Below, piece after piece: positions 51,890-64,000 of a stretch of DNA of 64,000 nt. Position 1 is the first letter of the stretch. The number at the start of each line of letters is the position of its first letter. Position numbers and translations under genes: made by a program. Below the pieces are notes generated by a model, which was not told where the DNA came from, did no database searches, and saw nothing but the letters and a program-made list of their open reading frames with translations. Source of the stretch: Eledone cirrhosa (Eukaryota); the NCBI GenBank assembly GCA_964016885.1, contig OZ024740.1, positions 262,198,001 through 262,262,000 of the forward strand, in the 5' to 3' direction.

Positions 51890-52617
51890 TATAAAGAATT
51901 AATATATCTACCGACATATGTATACAGATGCATACCTACGCCAGCAAATTTATATGTTTTGTCTTAGTAACTTTGTGGTTCTATGCAGGGGGATGCAGAA
52001 CAATTATATGAAAGACTAAATAAGAAAGTTATGAAAATTGACTTACTTAAATTTTAGTAAGTAAGTCAATTTTCATAACTTTCTTATTTACGTCTTTCAT
52101 ATAATTGTTTTGCTTCCCCCTGCATAGAACCACAAAGTTACTAAGACAAAACCTATATATTTGCTGGCACAGGTATGCATCTGTATACATATGTCGGTAG
52201 ATATATTAATTCTTTATAATTAACTCCAAATTATTTGTTGAGCAAAATTTGCCGAAATTACTACTGTGACTGATAGTAGTGGCTAGGCTCTGTCTTAATA
52301 GCACCCCCCACTCCAAGCTGGTTAACCTCAGTGTCACGTGCTTGATTCTTTTGAATTTGCCACTTGACCAAGAAGGCAGTGAATTTTTCAATGACTTAGA
52401 ATCTAGCCCCGCTCGCTTTTTTCCATCCACTGAATTATTTTTATATAAGTTCCCAGTGTCCCCGCATTGCCTGGAAGCTTAGCTGAGAATAGACTCCCTG
52501 ATGACGTAAGGCTTCTCTATAGTTATTACGTAACTATATTTATCACCTTACAGAAACTAATTAGTTGGAGTGAAATTTTAGTAAGTAAGTCAATTTTCAT
52601 AACTTTCTTATTTACGT

Positions 52618-52621
<4 letters not shown>
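51890..52621 (+). mobile_element. Retrozyme-like 524-nt unit with HHR (52493-52571), terminal redundancy and a 5' inverted arm
   Basis: ACTCC-CTGATGA-CGTAAGG..CCTTACA-GAAA-CTAATTAG-TT-GGAGT. 52049-52097 repeats at 52573-52621; ~51890-52048 inverts ~52058-52218. Confidence 0.8.
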
Positions 52622-52663
<42 letters not shown>

Positions 52664-53014
52664 TTGAAAAGAGAGTAAGGTTCTATACAAAACAGGGGTT
52701 ATAGAGAAAAAGTGGAATTAGAAATAGCACAAAAATATATTTATGGATCAGTTTTATTTTTTTCTTCTTTGACTCGTTAATGAAACAATGAGAGGAAGAA
52801 TTCTCTTTTAAAAAGGAAGTTTTATCATGTATATAACATGTATAAAATATAACCGGTTTCGATGTATCAGTGTATTCCATCTTATCAAATGTTGAATATT
52901 ACAATTATATATATATATGTGTGTGTGTGTTTTTTTTATATGAAATCGTGTGTTGAAACAAATGAATAAAAAATAGAATAGACATTACAATAGAACGGGA
53001 GGAAACATAATAGT

Positions 53015-53056
53015 ACCACTGATGATGTCACAGTTGTGTGATGAAAGAATTTTATA
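53015..53056 (+). ncRNA. Hammerhead ribozyme with degraded stem I
   Basis: CTGATGA-T-GTCACA-GTTG-TGTGAT-GAAA-GAATT. Confidence 0.6.
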
Positions 53057-54354
53057 TATATTTATATCTATATTATAAAGGTTGGTCAATCAATGATAAA
53101 CCTTGATTGCCAGCTAAATTAACTATAGGGCAACAAAATATACAGAAGCAACAACCACCCAAAACCCAAAGCCCCTTAAGCCATGTGAGAAGAAGACCTC
53201 GTCATTCTTGCTCTTGTGTTAGCATACTAGCTTATCTGCTGATATGCAAATCTGGCTGATCAGTAGGTCTGCTAATATGCAGATATGACTGATCAGGCAG
53301 TCTGCTAATAAGCAAGCCAAGCCGATCAGTCACAGTATATTCCAGAAAATAATATATATTTTCACTAGCCCTGGCAGATGGCAGGTAAACAGTATACGAT
53401 ACTGATGAAAGGTAATATCCCAGAAACATTTGTTTATATGCCAACACACACGACTTAAGAGGCTGTTTGCATAATTGCAAACGAATCGCATATTATTATT
53501 AATATTAAGAAAACTCAGATTTATATAAAAAGAAGGGAAAAGGGAAGAAAAAGGAAAAGAAAAACAGCGAAAAAAACAAAACAAAACAGAAGAGGGAAAC
53601 CCGAAAGCACATAAGAGAGAAAGCAGATGAGAGAGAAAAAAAATTAAAGTCTACATCAATTACTGGACTTAAGTCAGAAGCTGTCTGGGCGAGAAAAAAA
53701 ACACGTCTGACCTCCGCAAGAGTAAGTGAAAAAGACAGGCGAGAGGAACAGGCGAGAGAAACAGCGGGGTGGCTAGCAGAGAGAAGGAGAGTAAAAGTGA
53801 GAGGGAGAAAGGGAAATAAAGAAAGAAAGGGGAAGAGTTGATAGCAACAAAATAGATAGGGAGAAAGAGAGAACAGGTCGCAGCAAAACTGGATCAAAAA
53901 CAACATACCGAAGACAAAAAACAACATACCGATCAGGAAAACACAAAAGTACATGTGTGTGAGCAACTCCAAGAGAGAGAAAAAATTAAATTCTACATCA
54001 GCTACTGGACTTAAGACCGAGACTGTGTGGACGTGAAAAAAAACACATCTGACCTCCGCAAATTCGGTATGTTGTTTTCCATTTGTTTCGGTGTTTTTTT
54101 CCTTTTTCTTTCCTTTTCCTTTTGTTATATATTTTTTCCTCTCTCTCCTTTTTTTCCCAATAACTTTCTTCAGTTATTGACGCACTGGAGCCGGATATCT
54201 TGTCTTTAATGCGTAGAAATATCCATGATCCCCAGCAGAGATCTGATGAAGGAAAACTATCCCCCGTTCGTGCTTTCTGATTCATAAATACACCTTTTCC
54301 AGCAACTACACAGCTCCTGTTTCTTCTTAATTTATATATATATATATATAGTTT

Positions 54355-54396
54355 ATCAAAGTTCTTTCGTTGAACATCTGCAACATCGTCAGTGGT
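54355..54396 (-). ncRNA. Hammerhead ribozyme
   Basis: ACCA-CTGACGA-T-GTTGCA-GATG-TTCAAC-GAAA-GAAC-TT-TGAT. Confidence 0.65.
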
Positions 54397-55002
54397 GCTA
54401 TTGTTTCCTCCCGTTACATTGTATTTTCTACGCCATCTTTATTTAGTCTGTTTATATATTTATTTATTTGTTTATTTTATTTTGTCTTCTTTGCGCATGC
54501 GTTTGCGTGTGTCTATAGTGTTTTGTTTGATGTGTGTTCGTGATTGGGTGACTGTGTATTGGTCAATGTATTCTATCTTTACTAGTGTGTGTTTATATGT
54601 GTTTGTTGTTATTGTGCTTGTGTATGTATTTATTTATTTATTTATCTATTTATTTATTTATACTTCTCTTAGGTCAGTGTTGTTTGTTGGGGTGTTGTTA
54701 TTCCATTCATTCTTTCTGTTTAGCCTTGGCCTTCTAAGTTCTATTTCACAGGCCTCTCTGATTTGCCTATCTGCTGGGTCATATTATTTTAAGTTCTATG
54801 TTGTCTATGTTACCGTCGTGTTGTTGTTTGGCATGTTCGTATAGTACTGACCCGTTTTTTCGTCCTTTTAGTTCCCCCCACTGTTGGTCTATCCTTTCAC
54901 CTATGCTATGTTATTAATTCTGGCAATATTACACAAATATGACCCTCCCCAAGTATAACAATATTTGTTTCGACACACGATTTCATATCAAAAACCTCGC
55001 AA

Positions 55003-55061
<59 letters not shown>

Positions 55062-55064
<3 letters not shown>

Positions 55065-55765
55065 GTTTGTATATGTATAATAAAGCCAAAACAATGCAGG
55101 TATGGACATAGAATTACGAATGCAAATGCGAAAGATATTGTTGACAATTAGTCTTTTACCTTAGATTTATTTAAATGTCCTTAATATTAACCCCCCCCCA
55201 CATACACACGCACACACACACGCACACACACACACACACGCACACACACACACACACACGCTTGCACCTCCACTTATTCTCTCTCACACATACACACACA
55301 AAGACCAGTTCTAACACGAGATAACATCTATCCTCCACATTTACGTATAGATATATCTTCTCACACTCACACACACACACTCTCACATACTTACACCTTC
55401 ATGTATTCTCCCACACACTTATAAAGTCATGTACAAAAAAAAACCTTTTAAAGGGAGACTACTCTTTATCCACCTAACCTTAACTCTTTGACCTTAGAGA
55501 TAGAACAGATACTCTATAAGATTTCCTGTCAGCATGACTTGGCAAGCTATTTAGAACACTGGTTTAGCCTCTTTACTTCTCTCCGAAGAAGAGATATTAT
55601 CTCGAAATTTAAGGACATTTAAATAAATCTAAGGTAAAAGACTAATTGTCAACAATATCTTTTGCATTTGCATTCTTTATTCTATGTCCATACCTGCATT
55701 GTTTTGGCTTTATTATACATATACAAACGTTTATACCTCATTACACAATGCTTCAAGTGAACTAT

Positions 55766-55768
<3 letters not shown>
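55062..55768. mobile_element. Fold-back insert with HHR-like core CCGAAGA (~55576-55633)
   Basis: ~55064-55184 inverts ~55610-55730. CCGAAGA-A-GAGAT-ATT-ATCTC-GAAA-TTTAA-GGACAT-TTAAA-TA; stem I is poor. Confidence 0.6.
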
Positions 55769-55808
<40 letters not shown>

Positions 55809-55811
<3 letters not shown>

Positions 55812-55942
55812 AACGAGTAGGACCCCGACGGCTGAGCTCAGCCGTCGGGGTCCTACTCGTTCCTATTACCCACTCTACTACCCTAAGTATTGAGTACTTT
55901 GGTGCGTTATGGTCCACCTGGTTCCTTACCACATTTCCTTCG

Positions 55943-55945
<3 letters not shown>
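55809..55945 (+). mobile_element. Mini-insert Y; its 5' part is a perfect palindrome centred on GAGCTC
   Basis: AGGAACGAGTAGGACCCCGACGGCTGAG|CTCAGCCGTCGGGGTCCTACTCGTTCCT; tail matches 2215-2297. Confidence 0.75.
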
Positions 55946-55991
<46 letters not shown>

Positions 55992-56461
55992 TAAAAGATT
56001 AAAGTTTAAGCAAAGAATCGCTGCTTTAACCCTTAACGGGATCTTCTGAAACTTATATATATATATACATATATATATATATAAAGGTTAAACAAGGTTC
56101 AATGAATAAATCAAAGAATGAGTTTTACAATAGATTGGTAGCACTCAACTGTTATGGTTTTCCGGAGTTATTAATATTAATTCAAAATATTAACAAAAAT
56201 AGACATAATGTCTATTTTTGTTAATATTTTGAATTAATATATATATATATATATATATATACCATTTAAGTTAATTTCATTACGAATGAGTAGAACTGGT
56301 GATTCTGGTTGGCAAACCTTGATGTAACAAATCAAACAAAGCACTCAACGTTATGCAATTCATCCATCGTTGATGTGGTATCCAGTGGTTGGTGCAGGAA
56401 CGGGGTATTGTATTCATTAAACAACAACAGAAAGCCCGACTGGAAAAAATTGCTTTAAAAT

Positions 56462-56565
56462 TTTAATTCCGTGAAATCACTATACATATTTCGATGGCCC
56501 AGCTCCATCACCCAGATATGTTGCAAGGCAAGACTATCTCGTCAGGAAACTTCCACAGAATTAAA
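56462..56565 (-). ncRNA. Type I hammerhead ribozyme with extended stem I
   Basis: TTTAATTCTGTGGAAGTTTC-CTGACGA-GATAGTC..GGCCATC-GAAA-TATGTA-TA-GTGATTTCACGGAATTAAA. Confidence 0.7.
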
Positions 56566-56699
56566 TAACAGGTTTACGTTGAACCGTAAAATATAGTGGA
56601 TAGTTTAGAAGGTAAATAGTCGAAACTAATTACCACCAATCGCACCATCCGACCCTCTATTGAATAACGCTAATCCACCATCTTTTGTTTAATAAATGA

Positions 56700-57050
56700 T
56701 AATTGTTTCTACTTTTGGCACAAGGCCAGCAAATAAACAGTGTATTACTGGTACTTTATTTTATCGACCCATAAGGATGAAAGGCAAAGTTAACCTCGGC
56801 GGGATTTAAACTCAGATCGTAAAGGGACCTAACTCTATGCTTCAAAGCATGGTGTCCGACTGTCTACCAATACTGCCAATCCACCGCCTTGTTTAATAGA
56901 TGATAATGTTTTCTAACACAAGCCCAAGGCCAGTAATTTGTTAAAAAGGAAAATTGATTATATCAACCCCCAATAGTTAATTGGTACTTCATTTTATCGA
57001 CCTCGGAAGGATGCAAGTTCATGTCGGCTTTGGCGGGATTTGGAGTTGGT
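56700..57050 (-). mobile_element. Two SINE copies (one full, one diverged)
   Basis: Reverse-complement core and B-box. Confidence 0.8.
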
Positions 57051-57754
57051 ATAGAGATGCGTAAAACCCGAAACCCCTTGGCGCCGCGGTCGGGTATTTA
57101 CATCTGTCTCTCCCTCTCCCTCTCTGTCTCTCTCTCTCTCTCTATATATATATATTGAAAAAGTAAATAACAACAACAAGGAGTACAGTTACGAAAGGTG
57201 TTAGGTATTAGAGAGTGGGGGTGTATATATAGCATTTTAAAAGTCTCTTCTTCAAAGGTATCAAGGCACTATATATAATACTCCATTTTCTCGATTTATT
57301 TTATGTCTTCGGTATTTTGAATATTTGAATATTTGAATCAGTAAAATAGAATATTTCTTTTGTAGCTACGAACATTTACAATGGCATACCTTCTAACTAT
57401 TTCAAAGCCAGAGGTTAAAAGTGGGATATTCCTTTCACATATTCCAATGACTTTATATCAGGTTTATATCAGGAAATATCTGTCGTATCAATGGCTTTGT
57501 ATATATTCCTTATAAATATACGCAACCTTAAATCGTGCCAAATACAGTTATGGTAATATTTCTTCCAATACATCTTTGGTTGTGGTTTATCATGTTTTCT
57601 ATTTCATAAAGATCACGCACAGAACAAGTTGCTTTGTGTTGAAAAATATTTTTGATTAATGTTTTCGCTAGTGCCAAGGAGTGTGATCGACTAAATATAT
57701 TATACCACGCTTGTTTGCCTTTGGATTTAAATCGCAGCCTAATAATAGAAATAT

Positions 57755-57942
57755 AATTGTTTCTACTTTTCGCACAAGGCCAGCAATTATTCCAGTGCAT
57801 TACTGGTACTTTATTTTATCGACCCCGTAAGGATGAACGCAAAGTTAACCTCGGCGGGATTTGAACTCAGATCATAAAGGGACGTATCTATGCTAGAAAG
57901 CATGGCGTCCGACCCTCTACCGATACTGCCAATCCACCGCCC
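57755..57942 (-). mobile_element. tRNA-derived SINE
   Basis: Full reverse-complement copy. Confidence 0.85.
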
Positions 57943-58481
57943 TAAAATAGCAATGTAATGCCACTCCTTTTGTTTTCCTTTTATTGATAGAGGGAGAAAT
58001 TTAAATATAAAACAGCACTTCTATAAATATTAGTAAATGTACATCTAGCTATGCTTGTAACTTTAAATCTAAAGAACTTGATTGCTTCATACTTGTTTAC
58101 AAATACGTTGCAGATATGTTTTGATTTCTTAACCAGGTGATGTTATGTTTCTTGATAAGTTTTGCTTGTGATTAAAGTAGTTTCATCATATGATTATAGG
58201 CGCAGCGAAATTGGTAGAGAACGTCGTTTAGAATGCTTTGTGCTATTCATTTGGTTTCTCTCTCTGAGTTCAAATCCCACCGAAGTCAACTTTGCCTTTC
58301 ATCTATTTGAGGTCGATAAAAAAGTATAATTCAAGTACTGGTGTCGATTCTTTCTCTATAATTTTTTCTCACATCCATTCTCTCCCTCAATCTATCCTTT
58401 TCTGGAAGAAATCAACTGTATTAAGACCTGGAAAGGGATAGGCTTCACCAGCAGTCACAGGATCTTCTTCTTCTTCTTCTT

Positions 58482-58512
<31 letters not shown>

Positions 58513-59394
58513 TGATTGATTATAACATGGAATATGTATGTTTGCAAATTGAAACCTCAATATAGAGCTAGGATGTTTTATTGAAATCATCTGCTATTAG
58601 ATACAGATTGAAGTGAAAACATACAGAAAAGATTTCGCTAGTTTATGCTTTGTTGTTCTCCTCCGATTTCAAAAGAGTTAAAACTGTTTTTATATTCTAC
58701 ACCAATGACTGATATGTTTCAGAAATCCGGTACAATACGGTAGAAATACTTAAAGGACAAAGGTTGACAAATAAAACAAAATAAAATAATGTTTTTACCC
58801 GGTATATTTTAACATGATATTTTAGGGCTTATAACCCACTTTTCAAATGTAAAAACAGAAACGGTTCAAAGCAAAACGAACGATCGACGTGCTCTTCCCT
58901 AACCAGTCTGTGTCTAGAATACGCCTGAGTCTTTTGTTTTATTCCTCATCCTTTGCCCTTTATATAGTCTCAGACTGAATAGTAGACAGTATAAAATATG
59001 CTACATACTTCTGAAACAAAGCATATTCAAATATTTTATACAATTTACGGAATGGATGTTATCCATACATAAAAAATATTTGCTGTTTATTTATAGAAAT
59101 TAGAAATACGACTGGCAAAAAACATGCGTCGTTTAAGGCAAATATTATATGTCTAAAAAATATTTTTTTTATTAAAATGTATTTCAGGAAAGTCCATGAA
59201 AAACAAAATTGAAATAATTTCTGATGTGAGTTTTTTATGTTCCGTGTACCCAAGTACGATCAGATCAAAATATAAATAGAATGAGTAAACACCGATGGAA
59301 GATTTTAAATAAAAGTCTAACATTCACTCGCAATATATCTACTTATTTATTATTCACATACACACCACACACGTATACACATACACAAACAGGA

Positions 59395-59437
<43 letters not shown>

Positions 59438-59562
59438 CTCAGACGGGTGACTGGAAGAGGTAAAAGAGTAAAAAAGTATATATATATATATATACTTTTT
59501 TACTCTTTTACCTCTTCCAGTCACCCGTCTGAGGCCATATATATATATATATATATATATAT

Positions 59563-60208
59563 GCCGATTTTTCGATACTCGATCTTTATAATATTTTTAG
59601 CTCTGGACATAGCTATCCACCAGTTAATTTTATTGCTCATGTTTTGTCGATTCTATTGAGTGATGAATAGCTCCTGTTTTATTTTAACATGTCTATTGAG
59701 CACTCTTATTCGATATGTGTATTTCCACATTTCCTCGAATAGTTTTCGCGGATGTAGAGGTTATCTCCCTTGCCTGATTCCATGTGCGTATTTCGCTTGA
59801 AGTTAGCCTCTTATCCGCTAGGAAAAAGCTCGTTGATGAAGTAAACTTCCATTCCGCTTGCTCTAGAAGCCTTATATATTTATATGTGAGCTGATAGAGT
59901 ACAGTCTAAGGATTTACAGAAACCCAAGAAGCTAGATTTAACACCTTTCTAGTGGGTCCGGGTATGATTTTACATTCAGTTAAATTATTGATGTATTGTT
60001 TTATTGATATTTTTTATCTGTTTGTCCCGAATCTTCTATTATCGATTTTTTATCGTATGGTTGATTTTAGACTTGTTCTATGTGTGACGGTATTTTAACG
60101 ATAGTTATAGCTCTGATTCATCTGAATTATTGAGCCCTCTGCCGCTCATTTCGAATATGGTTTATCGTGAACTCGTGCGCCGATTTTTCGATACTCGATC
60201 TTTCTAAT
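59563..60208 (+). mobile_element. Element W, copy D, with a ~30-nt terminal direct repeat
   Basis: GCCGATTTTTCGATACTCGATCTTT at 59563 and 60179; diverged homolog of 10667-11275. Confidence 0.7.
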
Positions 60209-60220
60209 ATATATATATAT

Positions 60221-60858
60221 ATTTCGTTTCTGAATTTGTTTAGCAAGATTCTTTATCTGAAAACGTGTGTTGAAACCGATATTGTTATACTTTGGGAGGG
60301 TCATGTTGCCAATAAGAAACACACGCACCAGTTGCTTTCACTTCAATTTATTATAATAAATTTATAAATTTAGGAATTTATAAATTTCCGGTTGGTTGGT
60401 TGGTTCCACAACCAGATAGTTGTTTATATATTGTCAAAGTTCTTTCGTCACACATTCTGTGACCTCTTCAGTGACCGGGGATTCTTTTCTTTGTTTTTGT
60501 GCCTCTCCTTTGTTGTGTCCTACGCCATTTTGTTTCTGTGTGTGTGTTGTGTGCTCAGTCTGCGCATGCGCCACATCCGGGTATCTGTGTGTGTTTATAT
60601 TCGTTTATTTATTTGTTTATTTACATGTTGCCGGTTGGTTGTTTGTTCTATGTGCGTGTGTGTTTTCATGTGACTGAAGAGGTCACAGAATGTGTGACGA
60701 AAGAACTTTGACAATATATAAACAACTATCTGGTTGTGGAACCAACCAACCAACCAGAAATTTATAAATTCCTAAATTTATAAATTTATTATAATAAATT
60801 GAAGTGAAAGCAACTGGTGCGTGTGTTTCTTATTGGCAACATGACCCTCCCAAAGTAT

Positions 60859-60865
<7 letters not shown>
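60221..60865. mobile_element. Family Z fold-back; HHRs at 60433-60475 (-) and 60674-60712 (+)
   Basis: The inverted arm begins essentially at the CTGAAGA core (60673). Confidence 0.85.
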
Positions 60866-60952
<87 letters not shown>

Positions 60953-60971
60953 GTATATATATATATATATA

Positions 60972-61940
60972 TATTGTTATACTTAGGGAGGGTCATGTTG
61001 CCAATAAGAAACACACGCACCAGTTGCTTTCACTTCAATTTAATTTATTATATATTTATAAATTTCTGGTTGGTTGGTTGGTTCCACAACCAGATAGTTG
61101 TTTATATATATATAGTCATAGTTCTTTCGTCACACACTCTGTGACCTCTTCAGTGACTGGGGATTTCTTTCTTCGTTTCTGTGCCTTTCCTTTCTTCTAT
61201 CCTACGCCATTTTGTTTGTGTGTGGGTTGCGTGCTCAGTTTGCGCATGCGCCACATCCGGGTGTCTGTGTGTGTTTGTGTTCATTTTTCTATTTTTCTAT
61301 TTATATTTTTCTATTTGTTTGTTTATTTATTTATTTATTGTTGGTTGGTTGTTTGTTCTATGTGTGTGTGTGTTTTCATTTTGTGTGTGTTTTCAATTGT
61401 AAGTTGTTTGTTTTATGTGTGTGTGTGTTTTCATTTTGTCCTTAATTGTAAGTTGTGATGTTGCTGTTCCACTCATATTTTCTATTTAATTTTGGTTTTA
61501 ATTCTTTTATGCTTACTGCCTCTGTAATTTGCCTAAACATTGCGTCTTTCTTGTGTGTGGATTCTATTTTTATTTCTATGCTCTCTAATTTACCCCTGTG
61601 TTCTATCTTAGCATGTTGGTAGAGCACAGATGATTCTTTATTATCTTGGAGGTCTCGCCAGCGTTCATTTATTCGTTCCCCTATACTACGAGCTGTCTCA
61701 CCTATGTACACTATATTTTTGTTTCTACATTGTCCTTCAGTACATCTTATGCTATATGTATAACCAACCAACCAGAAATTTATAAATTTGTAAATTTATA
61801 AATATATAATAAATTAAATTGAAGTGAAAGCAACTGGTGCGTGTGTTTCTTATTGGCAACATGACCCTCCCTAAGTATAACAATATCGGTTTCAACACAC
61901 GATTTCAGATAAAGAATCTTGCTAAACAAATTCAGAAACG

Positions 61941-61945
<5 letters not shown>
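60972..61945 (-). mobile_element. Family Z PLE: GIY-YIG ORF (61442-~61765), 3' UTR with HHR (61114-61158), and a 5' inverted 3'-end copy (61763-61945)
   Basis: YTYSIRC..C..VYIGETARSIGERINE..SVLYQH..H..RQITEAVSI..P.LN. HHR: AGTCA-CTGAAGA-G-GTCAC..GTGAC-GAAA-GAAC-TA-TGACT. Confidence 0.88.
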
Positions 61946-61994
<49 letters not shown>

Positions 61995-62186
61995 AAAAGA
62001 CACGCTAATCCCCTATAATTTAATGACCTCAATGAATAGATCCCAGGCTCTTTATAAGACAGTACATAGAGAAAAATACACAGAGAGGTATGTATTCAAT
62101 TATAAGGGATTGAATACCACCAGGGTGAAAACCATATTGTCTACGAATGGAATGGAGAATACATATCAATTAAAAGAATAAATTAA

Positions 62187-62520
62187 AATGTACTAACCAT
62201 CCGATAGTAACTATAAGCATGTTTCACCACAAATAAAGAGTAGATTCATACCGTGGAAGGCTGATCAACACGTGGATCAGCAGGTTCCCAGCTGCTGTTT
62301 TTAGCGGTCTTTTGGTGCATTCACACCACCATGGACTGTATAGCGCGCATGTTTTCTCTTTCCACCATGCATGTATAATAGTTATCTGATATATTTTTAG
62401 AAGTGTGGATCGTATTGTTGGTCCACCTGTTGATAAGCCCTCCACGGTATGAATCTACACTTTACTTGTGGTGAAACATGTCCAGATGTTATAGGTATTA
62501 TCAGATGGTTTGTACATTTC
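62187..62520. mobile_element. Older fold-back insert with HHR 3' half GAAA-CATG-TC
   Basis: ~62187-62277 inverts ~62422-62520 with several mismatches. Confidence 0.6.
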
Positions 62521-62559
62521 AATTTATTTTTTAATTGATCTGTTTTCTCCTTTTCTTCG

Positions 62560-62800
62560 TAGATTGAACACATACCGTCTATCGGACCGATTCACCAAAC
62601 AATTTATGGTCATACGACTAGGTAAAAACACTCCTGTCACTCGTACTTCCGTTCCCCCACCCTCTCTACTCACTGTCTCAGGATTCACTGTCTCAGAGCT
62701 CATTTTACACCAAGGATCCAGAGCTACTCGTATCAGGACCGAGCAGAACTTAATTTTCCGCTTTGTAACCTCATTTCCGTATGGACTCAATCCCACCCAG
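62560..62800 (+). pseudogene. Decayed Neptune-like GIY-YIG C-terminal fragment
   Basis: TYRLSDRF..TPV..RIRTEQNLIFRFVTSFPYGLN resembles the Neptune endonuclease end (R..EQ.LIF.L.T..P.GLN). Confidence 0.6.
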
Positions 62801-63567
62801 ATCCTTTAACCTTCCTTTACCCTTGCTCTTACACACAAACACACGCACATATACACACACACACACAACTGCAGCCACCACACAATACACACACACATTT
62901 ACAACATCTGTTTATATATACCACTCCACACACATCTTCTGCACACATCTAACCATCAATCCTACACTTTCGGATGTGTGCACATATATGTGCACTTGCC
63001 CACACACACATTCCTGTTCTCATGTCCATGTGTGCTTCTTTCTCTTGCACGCTCGTCTGTTTTTGTGTGGCACACGGTGCCGCGGCATTGGCGTCGTCGG
63101 TGGTGAATGATTCCTAACAGTTACTCCGTCCTCACCACTACCTGGCTCTATCCACGCGTTTAATGACCTAACACCTCTACGGTTGTACCTCTATCGTCGT
63201 ATGCCAGTCTATGCAGCTTCTCTTACAACCATACCAGGCAATGAGATATACTGGCCATTACTATTTTCACTTACCTCTCTTTTCGACATAGACATTCGTA
63301 TACATTCTTATACACCATCTTACGTCGGTCAGCAGCCAGCTTGTCACGGTTCAAGGCTTCTCCTTCAAACGTAAGAACACACCTTCACGCGCACACACAC
63401 ACATACACACACACATATACACACATATACACACACACAGCTTTCTTCCTACCCATTCCACTAGCTTGAGCTCGTTGGATGGTTTAATATATATAGGGTA
63501 AGAAGTGCACACATATCTACAATCATACAAAACGTGTGTATATGTTATTATATTAATTGTTAGGCAC

Positions 63568-64000
63568 AACCTCGGCGGGATTTGAACTCAGATCGTAAAG
63601 GGACGTAACTATGCTGGAAACATGGCGTCCGACCTTCCACCGATACTGCCAATCCACCGCCCATGTTATTATATTAATGGCAGTATCGGTAGAGGGTCTG
63701 ACGCCATGCTTTGCAGCAAAGAGTTACAGCTCCTTGCCATTCTGAGTTCAAATCCCGCCGAGGTTAACTTTACCTTTCATCCTTACGGGGTCGATAAAAT
63801 AAAGTATCAGAAATACACTGGTATAATTGCTGGCCTTGTGCCCAAAGTAGAAATAATTTTTATATTAAGGGCGGCAGATTGTCAGTATCGGTAGAGCGTC
63901 GGTCAACATGCTTTGCGGCATAGAGTTACGGCCCAGTACGTTGTGAGATCATATGCCTTTCATCTTTACAGGGTCGATAAAGTAAAGTTCCAGTAATGCA
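63568..64000. mobile_element. SINE cluster: - head 63568-63662, + copy 63678-63855, + copy 63870-end
   Basis: Head, B-box and core motifs. Confidence 0.85.

Overview
This is an AT-rich, repeat-saturated animal genomic window. The SINE type and the extreme (TA)n/(CA)n/(GA)n load suggest an octopus-like cephalopod (inference). I cannot support any host protein-coding gene; almost all ORFs in the track are microsatellite translations. Three things dominate. (1) About 17 copies or fragments of a tRNA-derived SINE with a Nin-type core. (2) At least seven remnants of Penelope-like retroelements (PLEs; RT and/or GIY-YIG endonuclease) from three protein types: WYNP/CxCx5C 'Hydra-like', Neptune-like, and a third GIY-YIG type. 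(3) A dense set of short noncoding inserts inside (TA)n tracts that carry hammerhead ribozyme (HHR) motifs. By hand I find about 20 complete or near-complete type I HHRs from about 10 unrelated sequence families. Stems co-vary between families, many have palindromic stem III, two families have a CCGAAGA core variant, and several have very long stem II inserts. Most inserts are fold-back (inverted-duplicate) structures from about 40 bp to about 3.9 kb, and several inversion junctions fall at or inside the ribozyme. Two noncoding families of about 520-620 nt are terminally redundant, like retrozymes; the ~620-nt family has no recognisable hammerhead. The best candidate system is a (TA)n-targeting PLE plus ribozyme mini-element ecosystem that builds long palindromes. 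All structures were folded by eye, and no activity has been tested.
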